Shown piece after piece: positions 37,199 through 44,063 of a stretch of DNA of 64,000 nucleotides (position 1 is its first letter; each line of letters opens with the position of its first letter). The stretch comes from Candidatus Yanofskybacteria bacterium (GTDB taxonomy: Bacteria > Patescibacteriota > Minisyncoccia > 2-02-FULL-40-12 > GWA2-44-9). A model generated the notes under the pieces. That model made no database searches and was not told the DNA's origin. It saw nothing but the letters and a program-made list of their open reading frames with translations. Made by a program: the position numbers and the translations under genes. Location: contig JADZAY010000009.1 of assembly GCA_020852375.1 (NCBI GenBank), positions 12,690 through 76,689 of the forward strand. The letters run 5' to 3'.

Positions 37199-38482
37199 AT
37201 GAACATTACTCCGAAACCGTCGGGTGACTATCAGTACGATGTTGTCGTCGAGCTGTCCGCGGAAGATCTTACTGGGTACGTTGATGAGGCGCGCCGCCGT
37301 ATTGGGGCGGAGGTGACCATCGATGGATTCCGAAAGGGTAAGGCACCGCAGGCGCTTGTAGAGAAGAAGATCACTCCATCCGCGATACAGAGTGAGGCTC
37401 TTGAGCTCGCGCTGGAGGGGAGCTTCGAGCAGGTGGTTCGCGAACAAGGGTGGGACGTGCTGCGCACCACCGATCTCAAAGTCGAAAAGAATGACACAAC
37501 CGGGCTTCGGTACTCGATCCACGTTGCCGTGTGGCCAGAAGTGAAACTTCCCGACCTCACGACCATTCGAGTGTCGCGCGCGCCAATCGAGGTTTCGGAA
37601 GCCGACATCGATGAGGCGATCGATACGCTATGCAATATGCGGGCGACGTTCATGGAGAAGAGCGCGCCGGCTATGACCGGTGACCGCGTCGAAGTCGATT
37701 TTGACGCTTCCGTCGGCGGTGCCGTCGTAGAGGGAGGATCGAGCCGAAACCACCCGCTTGTCATTGGCGGAAAGAGCTTTATGCCGGGATTCGAAGATGA
37801 ACTCGTCGGTCTCGCTCCCGGGCAGGAAAAACGATTCACCATCATCGCGCCTGCCGATTATTATGAACCGAAGCTCGCGGGGAAGAACGTCGATTTCACG
37901 GTCACCATGCGGCGGGTGCAGTCGGTGCTGAAACCCGCGGCTGATGATGCATTTGCAAAGTCGTTGGGGCGGTTCAATGCCATTGAGGAGCTCCGAGCAA
38001 ATGTTCGCGAGGGACTTATGAACGAGAAACGAGCGAGCGAGCAACGACGGATCCGGCTGGCCATTCTCGATGCCATGGCGGCGGCAGTATCGGTGCCCGC
38101 GCCTGCGGAGATGGTTACGAGTGAGCTCGACGATATGATCCATCGGTTTCGGCACGACCTCCAGAACCAAGGGATCGATCTCAGCATGTACCTCGCGCGC
38201 ATGAAGAAGACGGAAGATGAGCTTCGACGCGACTGGACGCCGGAGGCGCAGCGACAGGTTCGAATGACCTTGCTGATCCGAGCGACGGCGAAAGAAAAGA
38301 GTATCGTCGTTTCTCCCGAGGAGCTGGATGTTGCGATGAACGGCGTGATCGCGGAGATGGTTCGGCAGGGGCGCGCGACCGAGTCGCAGGCGGACCCTCA
38401 GCGGATCCGGACAGCGTTGCTCGACCGCATGCTGACCGATCGCGCACTCGAGTTCCTCGAGGGAGTGTGCGCGACGGGGTAG
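37199..38482 (+). CDS. tig: trigger factor
   Basis: N-terminal ribosome-binding motif GFRKGKAP; PPIase and C-terminal arm domains. Confidence 0.9.
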   Translation: MNITPKPSGDYQYDVVVELSAEDLTGYVDEARRRIGAEVTIDGFRKGKAPQALVEKKITPSAIQSEALELALEGSFEQVVREQGWDVLRTTDLKVEKNDTTGLRYSIHVAVWPEVKLPDLTTIRVSRAPIEVSEADIDEAIDTLCNMRATFMEKSAPAMTGDRVEVDFDASVGGAVVEGGSSRNHPLVIGGKSFMPGFEDELVGLAPGQEKRFTIIAPADYYEPKLAGKNVDFTVTMRRVQSVLKPAADDAFAKSLGRFNAIEELRANVREGLMNEKRASEQRRIRLAILDAMAAAVSVPAPAEMVTSELDDMIHRFRHDLQNQGIDLSMYLARMKKTEDELRRDWTPEAQRQVRMTLLIRATAKEKSIVVSPEELDVAMNGVIAEMVRQGRATESQADPQRIRTALLDRMLTDRALEFLEGVCATG

Positions 38483-38528
38483 CTATGCACATTCACCAGC
38501 GCGGCGGCGCCGCGTATACTGGTGATGT

Positions 38529-38906
38529 ATGTTCGAGTCGCTGCGCTACTCTCAGCTGTCGCTTCGCATCGGATTAGCATTCGTGTTCCTTTGGTTCGGT
38601 GTCGATGCCTTTCTGCAGCCGGCGTATTGGGTTCAGGCCTGGATGCCCGACTTTGTGCAGCGATTGACCGTGGGTGTCGGCATGGGGACCGAGAATGCGA
38701 TGTTCTTGTTCGGGATGTTCGAGGTGATCGTCGCGGTGAGCATTGCAACGGGATTCTTTATGCGGTATTTCGCTGCTGCCGCGGCGGCGTTCTTGCTTGG
38801 TATCCTTGTGACACATGGCCTGAACGAGGTCGTCGTCCGCGATGTCGGCATCATTGCCGGGCTCATCGCTCTTGTGCTGTGGCCTGAGCGGCGATACTTC
38901 TCGTAG
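38529..38906 (+). CDS. DoxX family membrane protein
   Basis: 125 aa, 4 TM helices; LRIGLAFVFLWFGVDAF. Confidence 0.6.
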   Translation: MFESLRYSQLSLRIGLAFVFLWFGVDAFLQPAYWVQAWMPDFVQRLTVGVGMGTENAMFLFGMFEVIVAVSIATGFFMRYFAAAAAAFLLGILVTHGLNEVVVRDVGIIAGLIALVLWPERRYFS

Positions 38907-38955
38907 TGTGGTTCGCTTCGGAGACGCCTATGCGCCGTCTGGGCGCAGTGTTCGT

Positions 38956-40113
38956 ATGGCAAAACATATTTATCTCGACAACGCAGCTGCAACGCCGATC
39001 GATCCGGCAGTCGTCCGGGAGGTTGTTGCTGCGTCAAAGACCGTGGGAAATCCCTCGGCCTTCAACGCCGCAGGTCGCGATGCGGCTGCGGTCGTACATC
39101 GCGCGCGACAGGTCGTCGCCACATTTCTGCATGCGCATCCGAGCGAGATCGTCTTCTGCGCTTCCGGCTCCGAGGCGAACACCCTTGCTCTACTGGGAAG
39201 CTTTCCGGCGGGGGAGACGGGAGGCGTCGTTACGACGCCGATCGAGCACCGCTCGGTGCTCGAAGCGGTTCGGAAGCTGAGAGCCGCGGGGGCCGACGTC
39301 GCGACCGTTCAAGTTGGTCCCGACGGGGTTGTTCGGGCTGAGGACGTTGTTGCCGCGATCACGCCGCATACGCGAATCGTCTCAGTGATGTACGCGAACA
39401 ACGAGGTCGGTGCGCTCCAGCCGGTCGCCCGGATCGGTGCCATGATCGCGAGGTGGCGCCGAGAGCGCAAATCCCGGTTTCCGATCTTTCATGTAGACGC
39501 ATGCCAGGCCGCTGGGTATGAACGGATGGACGTTCAGCGTCTCGGGGTTGATCTCCTGACATTCAATGGGACGAAAATCTACGGGCCGAGAGGGTGTGCG
39601 GTACTGTTCGTGCGCCGGGGGATCACCGTTGAGCCGCGCGTTCTGGGAGGGGTGCAGGAGGGTGGAAGGCGAGCCGGAACCGAGGATGTCGCGAACATTG
39701 CCGGTCTCGCTGCCGCTGTCCAGCGGGTGTCGGCCGTTCCTGCTGCTCGGATTGCCCGACTTCGCGACCGACTCGCGGAGGGTATTCTGAAGGCCGTTCC
39801 GGATGCTCGCATACACGGACCAGCGGAGGGCGCCCGGCTTCCGAATATCGTAAGCGTTTCGATTCCCGGAGCGCACAGCGAACGATTGTTGTTGGAGCTT
39901 GATCGGTTCGGCATTTCGGCCGGCTCCGGATCGGCGTGTACGGCTCATAGTGTGGAGTCTTCCCACGTATTGCGGGCCATGGGGGTTCCGAAGCGCTTTC
40001 TGGAAGGGGTCTTGCGATTCTCTCTCTCGAAGTACACGACCCGGCAGGACATCGACCGCGTGATCCAGGCGTTCCCGGAGGTTGTTGCGCGGGCCCGCAG
40101 AACCCGAGGATAG
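38956..40113 (+). CDS. cysteine desulfurase (class V aminotransferase, NifS/IscS family)
   Basis: PLP lysine motif LTFNGTKIYGPRG. Active-site Cys in SAGSGSACTAHS. Start at internal Met 38956. Confidence 0.85.
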   Translation: MAKHIYLDNAAATPIDPAVVREVVAASKTVGNPSAFNAAGRDAAAVVHRARQVVATFLHAHPSEIVFCASGSEANTLALLGSFPAGETGGVVTTPIEHRSVLEAVRKLRAAGADVATVQVGPDGVVRAEDVVAAITPHTRIVSVMYANNEVGALQPVARIGAMIARWRRERKSRFPIFHVDACQAAGYERMDVQRLGVDLLTFNGTKIYGPRGCAVLFVRRGITVEPRVLGGVQEGGRRAGTEDVANIAGLAAAVQRVSAVPAARIARLRDRLAEGILKAVPDARIHGPAEGARLPNIVSVSIPGAHSERLLLELDRFGISAGSGSACTAHSVESSHVLRAMGVPKRFLEGVLRFSLSKYTTRQDIDRVIQAFPEVVARARRTRG

Positions 40114-40119
40114 CGGTTC

Positions 40120-40148
40120 TTGAGTCTGGGGCCCTTTTGTGCTAGAAT
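40120..40148 (+). promoter_or_regulatory. sigma-70-like promoter for the tRNA-Arg/tRNA-Lys unit
   Basis: TTGAGT (40120-40125), 17-bp spacer, TAGAAT (40143-40148). tRNA-Arg begins 23 nt downstream. Confidence 0.5.
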
Positions 40149-40171
40149 ATCTGCGTTTCGAGGAGAGTTGC

Positions 40172-40243
40172 GTCCCCGTAGCTCAACGGATAGAGCAGCA
40201 GCCTTCGAAGCTGTTGATGGGGGTTCGATTCCCTCCGGGGACA
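40172..40243 (+). tRNA. tRNA-Arg (anticodon TCG)
   Basis: Acceptor GTCCCCG/CGGGGAC. Anticodon loop ctTCGaa. Confidence 0.85.
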
Positions 40244-40300
40244 CAGCAAAGCTGTGGACCCGAGCGAACCACCTGCGTGGTTCCCGTTTAGAGAAAATAT

Positions 40301-40373
40301 CCGCCCTTAGCTCAGTTGGTAGAGCTGCTCCCTCTTAAGGAGAAGGTCGTAGGTTCGAATCCTACAGGGCGGA
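40301..40373 (+). tRNA. tRNA-Lys (anticodon CTT)
   Basis: Acceptor CCGCCCT/AGGGCGG. Anticodon loop ctCTTaa. Confidence 0.8.
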
Positions 40374-40378
40374 CCGAT

Positions 40379-40416
40379 ACAGAAAAGCAACACCCGTTTG
40401 GGTGTTGCTTTTCTGT
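40379..40416. terminator. perfect 15-bp hairpin
   Basis: AGAAAAGCAACACCC-gttt-GGGTGTTGCTTTTCT. Confidence 0.5.
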
Positions 40417-40424
40417 ATATTGGT

Positions 40425-40555
40425 GGCCCGCTGTAGGGTTTGAAGCCCGGAGCGATGTGGCGGCAGCGGCCGACACCGCGAGGGCCGGAGCCCGGAGGCG
40501 GACGGCTCAGACCGGGGGCCGTTCGACCGGAGGGTGAATCCTACAGGGCGGACCA
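40425..40555 (+). repeat. tRNA-3'-linked structured repeat (core + 19-bp copy of tRNA-Lys 3' end)
   Basis: CTGTAGGGTTTGAAGCCCGGAGCGATGTGGCGGCAGC..GAGGGCCGGAGCCCGGAGG..GACCGGAGGGT, then GAATCCTACAGGGCGGACC 40536-40554, which equals 40357-40375. Followed by hairpin 40560-40590. Confidence 0.6.
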
Positions 40556-40597
40556 CATAAACCAAAACACCCCGCGAGGGGTGTTTTGGTTGAGGCC

Positions 40598-41143
40598 TTA
40601 CTGGATGACCTCGATCTGGACGAGGCGGCGACCCAGCTTGAGTGCGGCGGCCTTATCGGCAAACCACACGTCAACGTTCTTCTGGTACCGGGTGTTCATG
40701 CGGTCCTCGACAACGAAGATCTTGTCACCGAACAGTGACGGGATCTTGATGACGGTACCGAACGGGAACATGTTCGTGGCGACGATACCGTCACGCACGT
40801 GGGTACCCTTTGCGGTAATGAACGGGCTGTCGTCGGTCTGAGCGGCCTCGGAGTTGTACGCAGACACCTCAACAAGGTAGGTCTTTCGCAGAGCCTTCTT
40901 CGTACCGCCGACCGGCGAGTTTGCCGGGACCACGGCATTTGCCATGAGCATCGGCCTCTCGTCGTCGGTAGCTCCCGAAGAGAGCACCGAAGCGTACAGT
41001 TGGTCGAAGGATCCCTCGTGGGCAACCTGGGAGCTAGCACCGTTTGAGCGGAACCAGTCCATAAGGCCTGCCTGGGCTGACAGGGAGGTCGACAGTGTGA
41101 TGGCAATGAGCGTAGCTACCAGAATCAGCTTGCGCGTCTTCAT
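40598..41143 (-). CDS. 3D domain-containing (MltA-like fold) cell-wall protein
   Basis: C-terminal 3D motif VATNMFPFGTVIKIPSLFGDKIFVVEDRMNTRYQKNVDVWF. Signal peptide/TM helix. Start at internal Met (MKTRKLIL). Confidence 0.6.
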   Translation of the reverse strand: MKTRKLILVATLIAITLSTSLSAQAGLMDWFRSNGASSQVAHEGSFDQLYASVLSSGATDDERPMLMANAVVPANSPVGGTKKALRKTYLVEVSAYNSEAAQTDDSPFITAKGTHVRDGIVATNMFPFGTVIKIPSLFGDKIFVVEDRMNTRYQKNVDVWFADKAAALKLGRRLVQIEVIQ

Positions 41144-41436
41144 GGTGATGCCGTCTCCGATATCCGCAGATGAGCCGCAGTTGGCTTTCGCTGGGCAGCT
41201 CACGGACAACGCAGAGGGCGGTATTGCAATCCGGCTCAGGTACGGGGGAGGGATGAAAAAATGGCCTATCAAGCCATTCCTGCATTTGCCTCATCTACAC
41301 GCTGGATTGTACATACAGTATAGCAAAACCGGCTCAAAAAGTCAATAGCCAAAAAGCCCTTAAAATAGGCTTAAAATAAGAAAAAAATGAACATTTTTGC
41401 CCAGAGATCAGCGGATTCTTCCGGAGGGGTAGGGGG

Positions 41437-41464
41437 TTGATTTTCGGCGTGTTCAGGCTATACT
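41437..41464 (+). promoter_or_regulatory. candidate promoter for tRNA-Gly
   Basis: TTGATT, 16-bp spacer, TATACT. tRNA begins 9 nt after the -10. Confidence 0.4.
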
Positions 41465-41473
41465 AGGCAATAC

Positions 41474-41544
41474 GCGGGCATCGTATAGTGGTAATACGCG
41501 ACCTTGCCAAGGTCGAGCCAGGGGTCCGATTCCCCTTGCCCGCT
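41474..41544 (+). tRNA. tRNA-Gly (anticodon GCC)
   Basis: Acceptor GCGGGCA/TGCCCGC with U73. Anticodon loop ttGCCaa. Followed by terminator GCCCCCCG-cac-GGGGGTTTTCT at 41556-41582. Confidence 0.85.
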
Positions 41545-41793
41545 CAGACCAGAGAAAGCCCCCCGCACGGGGGTTTTCTGTTGGGGGAGGTGGTTGTGTC
41601 GCAAAATACATACTTCGCACAATATCGCACTGAGTGGATCGGTGTGGATATGCCCGGTGATTACGGCCGTGTCGCACAACCGTATCGCGGACGGTTCCCG
41701 TGTGGATATCGAGCGGGGATATCGAGAATGTCGCACAACCATTTGAGAAGCGGCGGCCTTGCGTGGCGCGATGGACGGTGCCACAATAAGGCC

Positions 41794-42159
41794 ATGGATA
41801 AACTACTGTTCGTCTATGGGACCCTCATGCAAGGCATGCGGAACCATGTGTACCTGGAAAAAGCGACCCTTGTGGGACCGGCTGAAACGAAGCCGGAGTA
41901 CGAGCTTCTGTATAACGGATCGATCCCTGCCATGCGCCCGGGTAGCGAGTCCGTAAAGGGAGAGTTGTACGAGGTGAATGACGAGATACTCGCGGGCCTC
42001 GATGTGGTGGAGGATGTCGCGGCAAACCTTTATGAACGGCATGAGATCGAGGTTGGGGGGAAAACGGCGATAGCATACCTGGGAGGGAATATCTTCAACC
42101 AGGATTCCTGGGAGCATGTCCCGAATGGGGACTACCGGGCCCTCATGGAGGCAAAATAG
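41794..42159 (+). CDS. gamma-glutamylcyclotransferase (AIG2/GGCT-like) family protein
   Basis: MDKLLFVYGTLMQGMRNH...GELYEV. The ORF-track extension back through tRNA-Gly is rejected. Confidence 0.7.
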   Translation: MDKLLFVYGTLMQGMRNHVYLEKATLVGPAETKPEYELLYNGSIPAMRPGSESVKGELYEVNDEILAGLDVVEDVAANLYERHEIEVGGKTAIAYLGGNIFNQDSWEHVPNGDYRALMEAK

Positions 42160-42197
42160 GAGCCGACTGCACCGCGCTTTCGGGCCGCGTTCCCGCC

Positions 42198-42226
42198 TTG
42201 AAAATGCGGGCAAAATGGTGTAGGAT
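42198..42226 (+). promoter_or_regulatory. candidate promoter for tRNA-Leu
   Basis: TTGAAA, 17-bp spacer, TAGGAT. tRNA begins 12 nt downstream. Confidence 0.45.
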
Positions 42227-42238
42227 ATGCCTGCTAAT

Positions 42239-42322
42239 GCGCGGGTGGCGAAACTGGCAGACGCACTACCTTGAGGTGGTAGCGCCCGCAAGGGCATGGA
42301 GGTTCGAGTCCTCTCCCGCGCA
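42239..42322 (+). tRNA. tRNA-Leu (anticodon GAG), long variable arm
   Basis: Acceptor GCGCGGG/CCCGCGC. Anticodon loop ttGAGgt. Variable arm CGCCCGCAAGGGCAT. Confidence 0.85.
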
Positions 42323-42405
42323 CACTTGGCCACTCCTTATTCTGCATGTATGAAGGAAGTGGCTGGCCAAGTGTCCTGAGCGCATAGGCGCGAAGGACTA
42401 CAGTG
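42323..42405 (+). promoter_or_regulatory. conserved hairpin + -10 module (copy 1 of 3) upstream of tRNA-Val(GAC)
   Basis: CACTTGGCCACTCCTTATTCTGCATGTATGAAGGAAGTGGCTGGCCAAGTG hairpin, then TCCTGAGCGCATAGG..., then TACAGT 11 nt before the tRNA. Confidence 0.4.
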
Positions 42406-42478
42406 GTTGCGGTATGCGCGCTTAGCTCAGTTGGTAGAGCATCTCATTGACGTTGAGAGGGTCGTAGGTTCGAGTCCT
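42406..42478 (+). tRNA. tRNA-Val (anticodon GAC)
   Basis: Acceptor GCGCGCT/AGCGCGC. Anticodon loop ttGACgt. Confidence 0.85.
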
Positions 42479-42496
42479 ACAGCGCGCACAAATTTG

Positions 42497-42871
42497 TTAG
42501 TTTTTTAGTCTCTTCCCCCGATAGTGAGCCGCTTCGGCGAGGAATCGTTCGTCATCTTTTGTGCTATGCCTGACGGCGTGGCAATTCGCACAGAGAAGAG
42601 TGCATTTCAGGATCTCTGCCCGGATGCTCTCCCAGCTCTTGTTCGCGACATTACCGAGAGTGAAGTCTTTCTTTTGTGGATCAAGATGATGGAATTGAAG
42701 GGCGGCCTGATGGCCCCTCCAGCCACAATCCACGCACTTTCCGCCGAGGATGCGTATGGCAGCCGCCTTGGTTCGATAGCGCCGGATCTTGGTGTTGCAG
42801 GCCCCGCATCTGGCGCGCATTTTCCCCTGGTAATCGTTGTACTCTTTGCCGCATAGTTTACAGATCGTCAT
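42497..42871 (-). CDS. HNH endonuclease (free-standing, zinc-ribbon N-terminus)
   Basis: CKLCGKEY..CGAC N-terminus. HNH core CVDCGWRGHQAALQFHHLDP...LLCANCHAVRH. Paralogous in architecture to the HNH gene at 2384-2755. Confidence 0.75.
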   Translation of the reverse strand: MTICKLCGKEYNDYQGKMRARCGACNTKIRRYRTKAAAIRILGGKCVDCGWRGHQAALQFHHLDPQKKDFTLGNVANKSWESIRAEILKCTLLCANCHAVRHSTKDDERFLAEAAHYRGKRLKN

Positions 42872-42945
42872 GCCTTGAGTATAGCAAAATGCGCTCTACC
42901 AAGAGAGATTGCAGGGGGACGGATTTTGTGATACCGTATACACAT

Positions 42946-43223
42946 GCCGCGGTAGCTCAGTGGTAGAGCGCAGCCCTAAATCTTTGGGGCTTTCCGCAGG
43001 AATGCGGATTGAGAAATCGGGTGAATTCGGGGGAACTCCGGAACGGTCTGGACAATCCCGAGCCGAGCTCCGTGGGGTATCCAAAACGGAGAAGGTGTAG
43101 AGACTAGCGGGTGAGCCCAACAATACTCCCGCACAAGCGCCCGACCTCCAGAACGGAGGATGATATAGTCCAATTCAGCTTCGGAAGAGGCTGGCGTCGG
43201 GGGTTCAATTCCCTCCCGCGGCA
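42946..43223 (+). tRNA. intron-containing tRNA, most likely tRNA-Phe (anticodon GAA); exons 42946-42977 and 43184-43223
   Basis: 5' exon GCCGCGGTAGCTCAGTGGTAGAGCGCAGCCCT and 3' exon GAAGAGGCTGGCGTCGGGGGTTCAATTCCCTCCCGCGGCA together give a 72-nt cloverleaf with anticodon loop ctGAAga. Identity rests on the splice-junction assignment, including an unusual G37. Confidence 0.7.
42978..43183 (+). ncRNA. group I self-splicing intron (Azoarcus-type) in tRNA anticodon loop
   Basis: 206 nt. Internal guide GGGGCT (42986-42991) pairs with exon end AGCCCU with a U.G pair at the splice site. P2 hairpin CCGCAGGAATGCGG. Core GAAGGTGTAGAGACTAGCGGGTGAGCCC closely resembles the Azoarcus tRNA-Ile intron P7 region, with ATATAGTCC as the P7 3' strand. 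The intron ends in G. Confidence 0.75.
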
Positions 43224-43224
43224 C

Positions 43225-43267
43225 AAAGTAAACTAAAACCGCCCCTCAGGGCGGTTTTAGTTTACTT
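43225..43267. terminator. perfect 20-bp hairpin after tRNA-Phe
   Basis: AAAGTAAACTAAAACCGCCC-ctca-GGGCGGTTTTAGTTTACTTT. Confidence 0.5.
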
Positions 43268-43411
43268 TCCTGCTCGCGGCCGGGAATTGAAGGGCATCGA
43301 GCCGAGCGAACTGCTTCGCTCGGTGAGAGCCCGGGCTCCGGGGGAGCATCGAAGCGTCCGCCGAAGGCGGCTGCGAAGATGCGGAGGAGGAGAATTCCCT
43401 CCCGCGGCACA
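43268..43411 (+). repeat. tRNA-3'-linked structured repeat, unit 1 of tandem pair (divergent core + 19-bp copy of tRNA-Phe 3' end)
   Basis: AATTCCCTCCCGCGGCACA at 43393-43411 equals tRNA 43207-43225. 5' flank GCGGCCGGGAATTGAAGGGC is roughly complementary to the T-arm. Followed by hairpin 43414-43449. Confidence 0.55.
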
Positions 43412-43452
43412 GAAGCAAAAGCCGACCCCATGTGGGGCCGGTTTTTGCTTTT

Positions 43453-43588
43453 ACGTATCGTGGCGGGAGGGAATTGAACGCCGGAGCGATGCGGTATCAG
43501 CTGATATCGCCGCGAGGCGGTGGCCAGCCCGAGCGTCGCGACGGCGCCGCGAGAGGCGAGGCCAATGACTGACCCCTCCCGCGGCACC
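43453..43588 (+). repeat. tRNA-3'-linked structured repeat, unit 2 of tandem pair (canonical core)
   Basis: CGTGGCGGGAGGGAATTGAACGCCGGAGCGATGCGGTATCAGCTGATATCGCCGCGAGGCGGTGGCCAGCCCGAGCGTCGCGACGGCGCCGCGAGAGGCGAGGCC, then CCCTCCCGCGGCAC (a partial copy of the tRNA 3' end). Followed by hairpin 43595-43623. Confidence 0.6.
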
Positions 43589-43594
43589 GGTACA

Positions 43595-43623
43595 CAAAGC
43601 CCCCGAGAATCGGGGGCTTTGGT
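43595..43623. terminator. hairpin terminator (bidirectional, also serves rplS)
   Basis: CAAAGCCCCCG-agaat-CGGGGGCTTTG. Confidence 0.5.
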
Positions 43624-43631
43624 TTGGAGCA

Positions 43632-44048
43632 TTACTCGGTGGCAGCCTCTTCGGGTGCCGATTCCTCGGCCTCGACCGCTTTGGCGGCGACCGCCTCGGC
43701 GCGGGTCTTCTTGCGGATCTCCTTGGCGCTCTTCTCGCGGAGGTAGTACATCTTCGAGCGGCGGGTGCGGCCGGTCTTTACGACCTCAACCTTCTCGATG
43801 GAGGGGAGGCGGATGGGGTAGACCTTCTCGACGCCATATCCTCCGGCTGAGCGGCGAACGGTGATGGTGCCGCCGGCCTCGGTGCCATGCTTGCGGGCGA
43901 TGACGATACCCTCAAAAACGCTCGCCTTGCCCTTTTCGCCCTGCTTGAGCTTCTGGTGGACGCGAACGGTCATACCAACGGAAACACCCGTGAAGCGGTC
44001 TTCAGGGTTATGCTTTGCCGAGAATGCAGAAATGACGTGTTGAGACAT
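43632..44048 (-). CDS. rplS: 50S ribosomal protein L19 (with Ala/Glu-rich C-terminal extension)
   Basis: Core RFTGVSVGMTVRVHQKL..GIVIARKHGTEAGGTITVRRSAGGYGVEKVYPIRLPSIEKVEVV. Confidence 0.9.
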   Translation of the reverse strand: MSQHVISAFSAKHNPEDRFTGVSVGMTVRVHQKLKQGEKGKASVFEGIVIARKHGTEAGGTITVRRSAGGYGVEKVYPIRLPSIEKVEVVKTGRTRRSKMYYLREKSAKEIRKKTRAEAVAAKAVEAEESAPEEAATE

Positions 44049-44063
44049 GGGGGAGTTGCAAAC

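Noticed and set aside
40316-40537. 73-aa ORF overlapping tRNA-Lys and the repeat unit
   Set aside because: Overlaps a tRNA gene and GC-rich structured repeats. No coding signal.
41488-41793. Extension of the GGCT ORF through tRNA-Gly and the repeat-rich leader
   Set aside because: In-frame read-through without stop. The conserved family N-terminus (MDKLLFVYGTL) starts at 41794.
43224-43625. Possible CRISPR array, given the tandem repeats and hairpins
   Set aside because: Units are about 140 bp and non-identical. There are no short fixed direct repeats alternating with unique spacers, and no cas genes.
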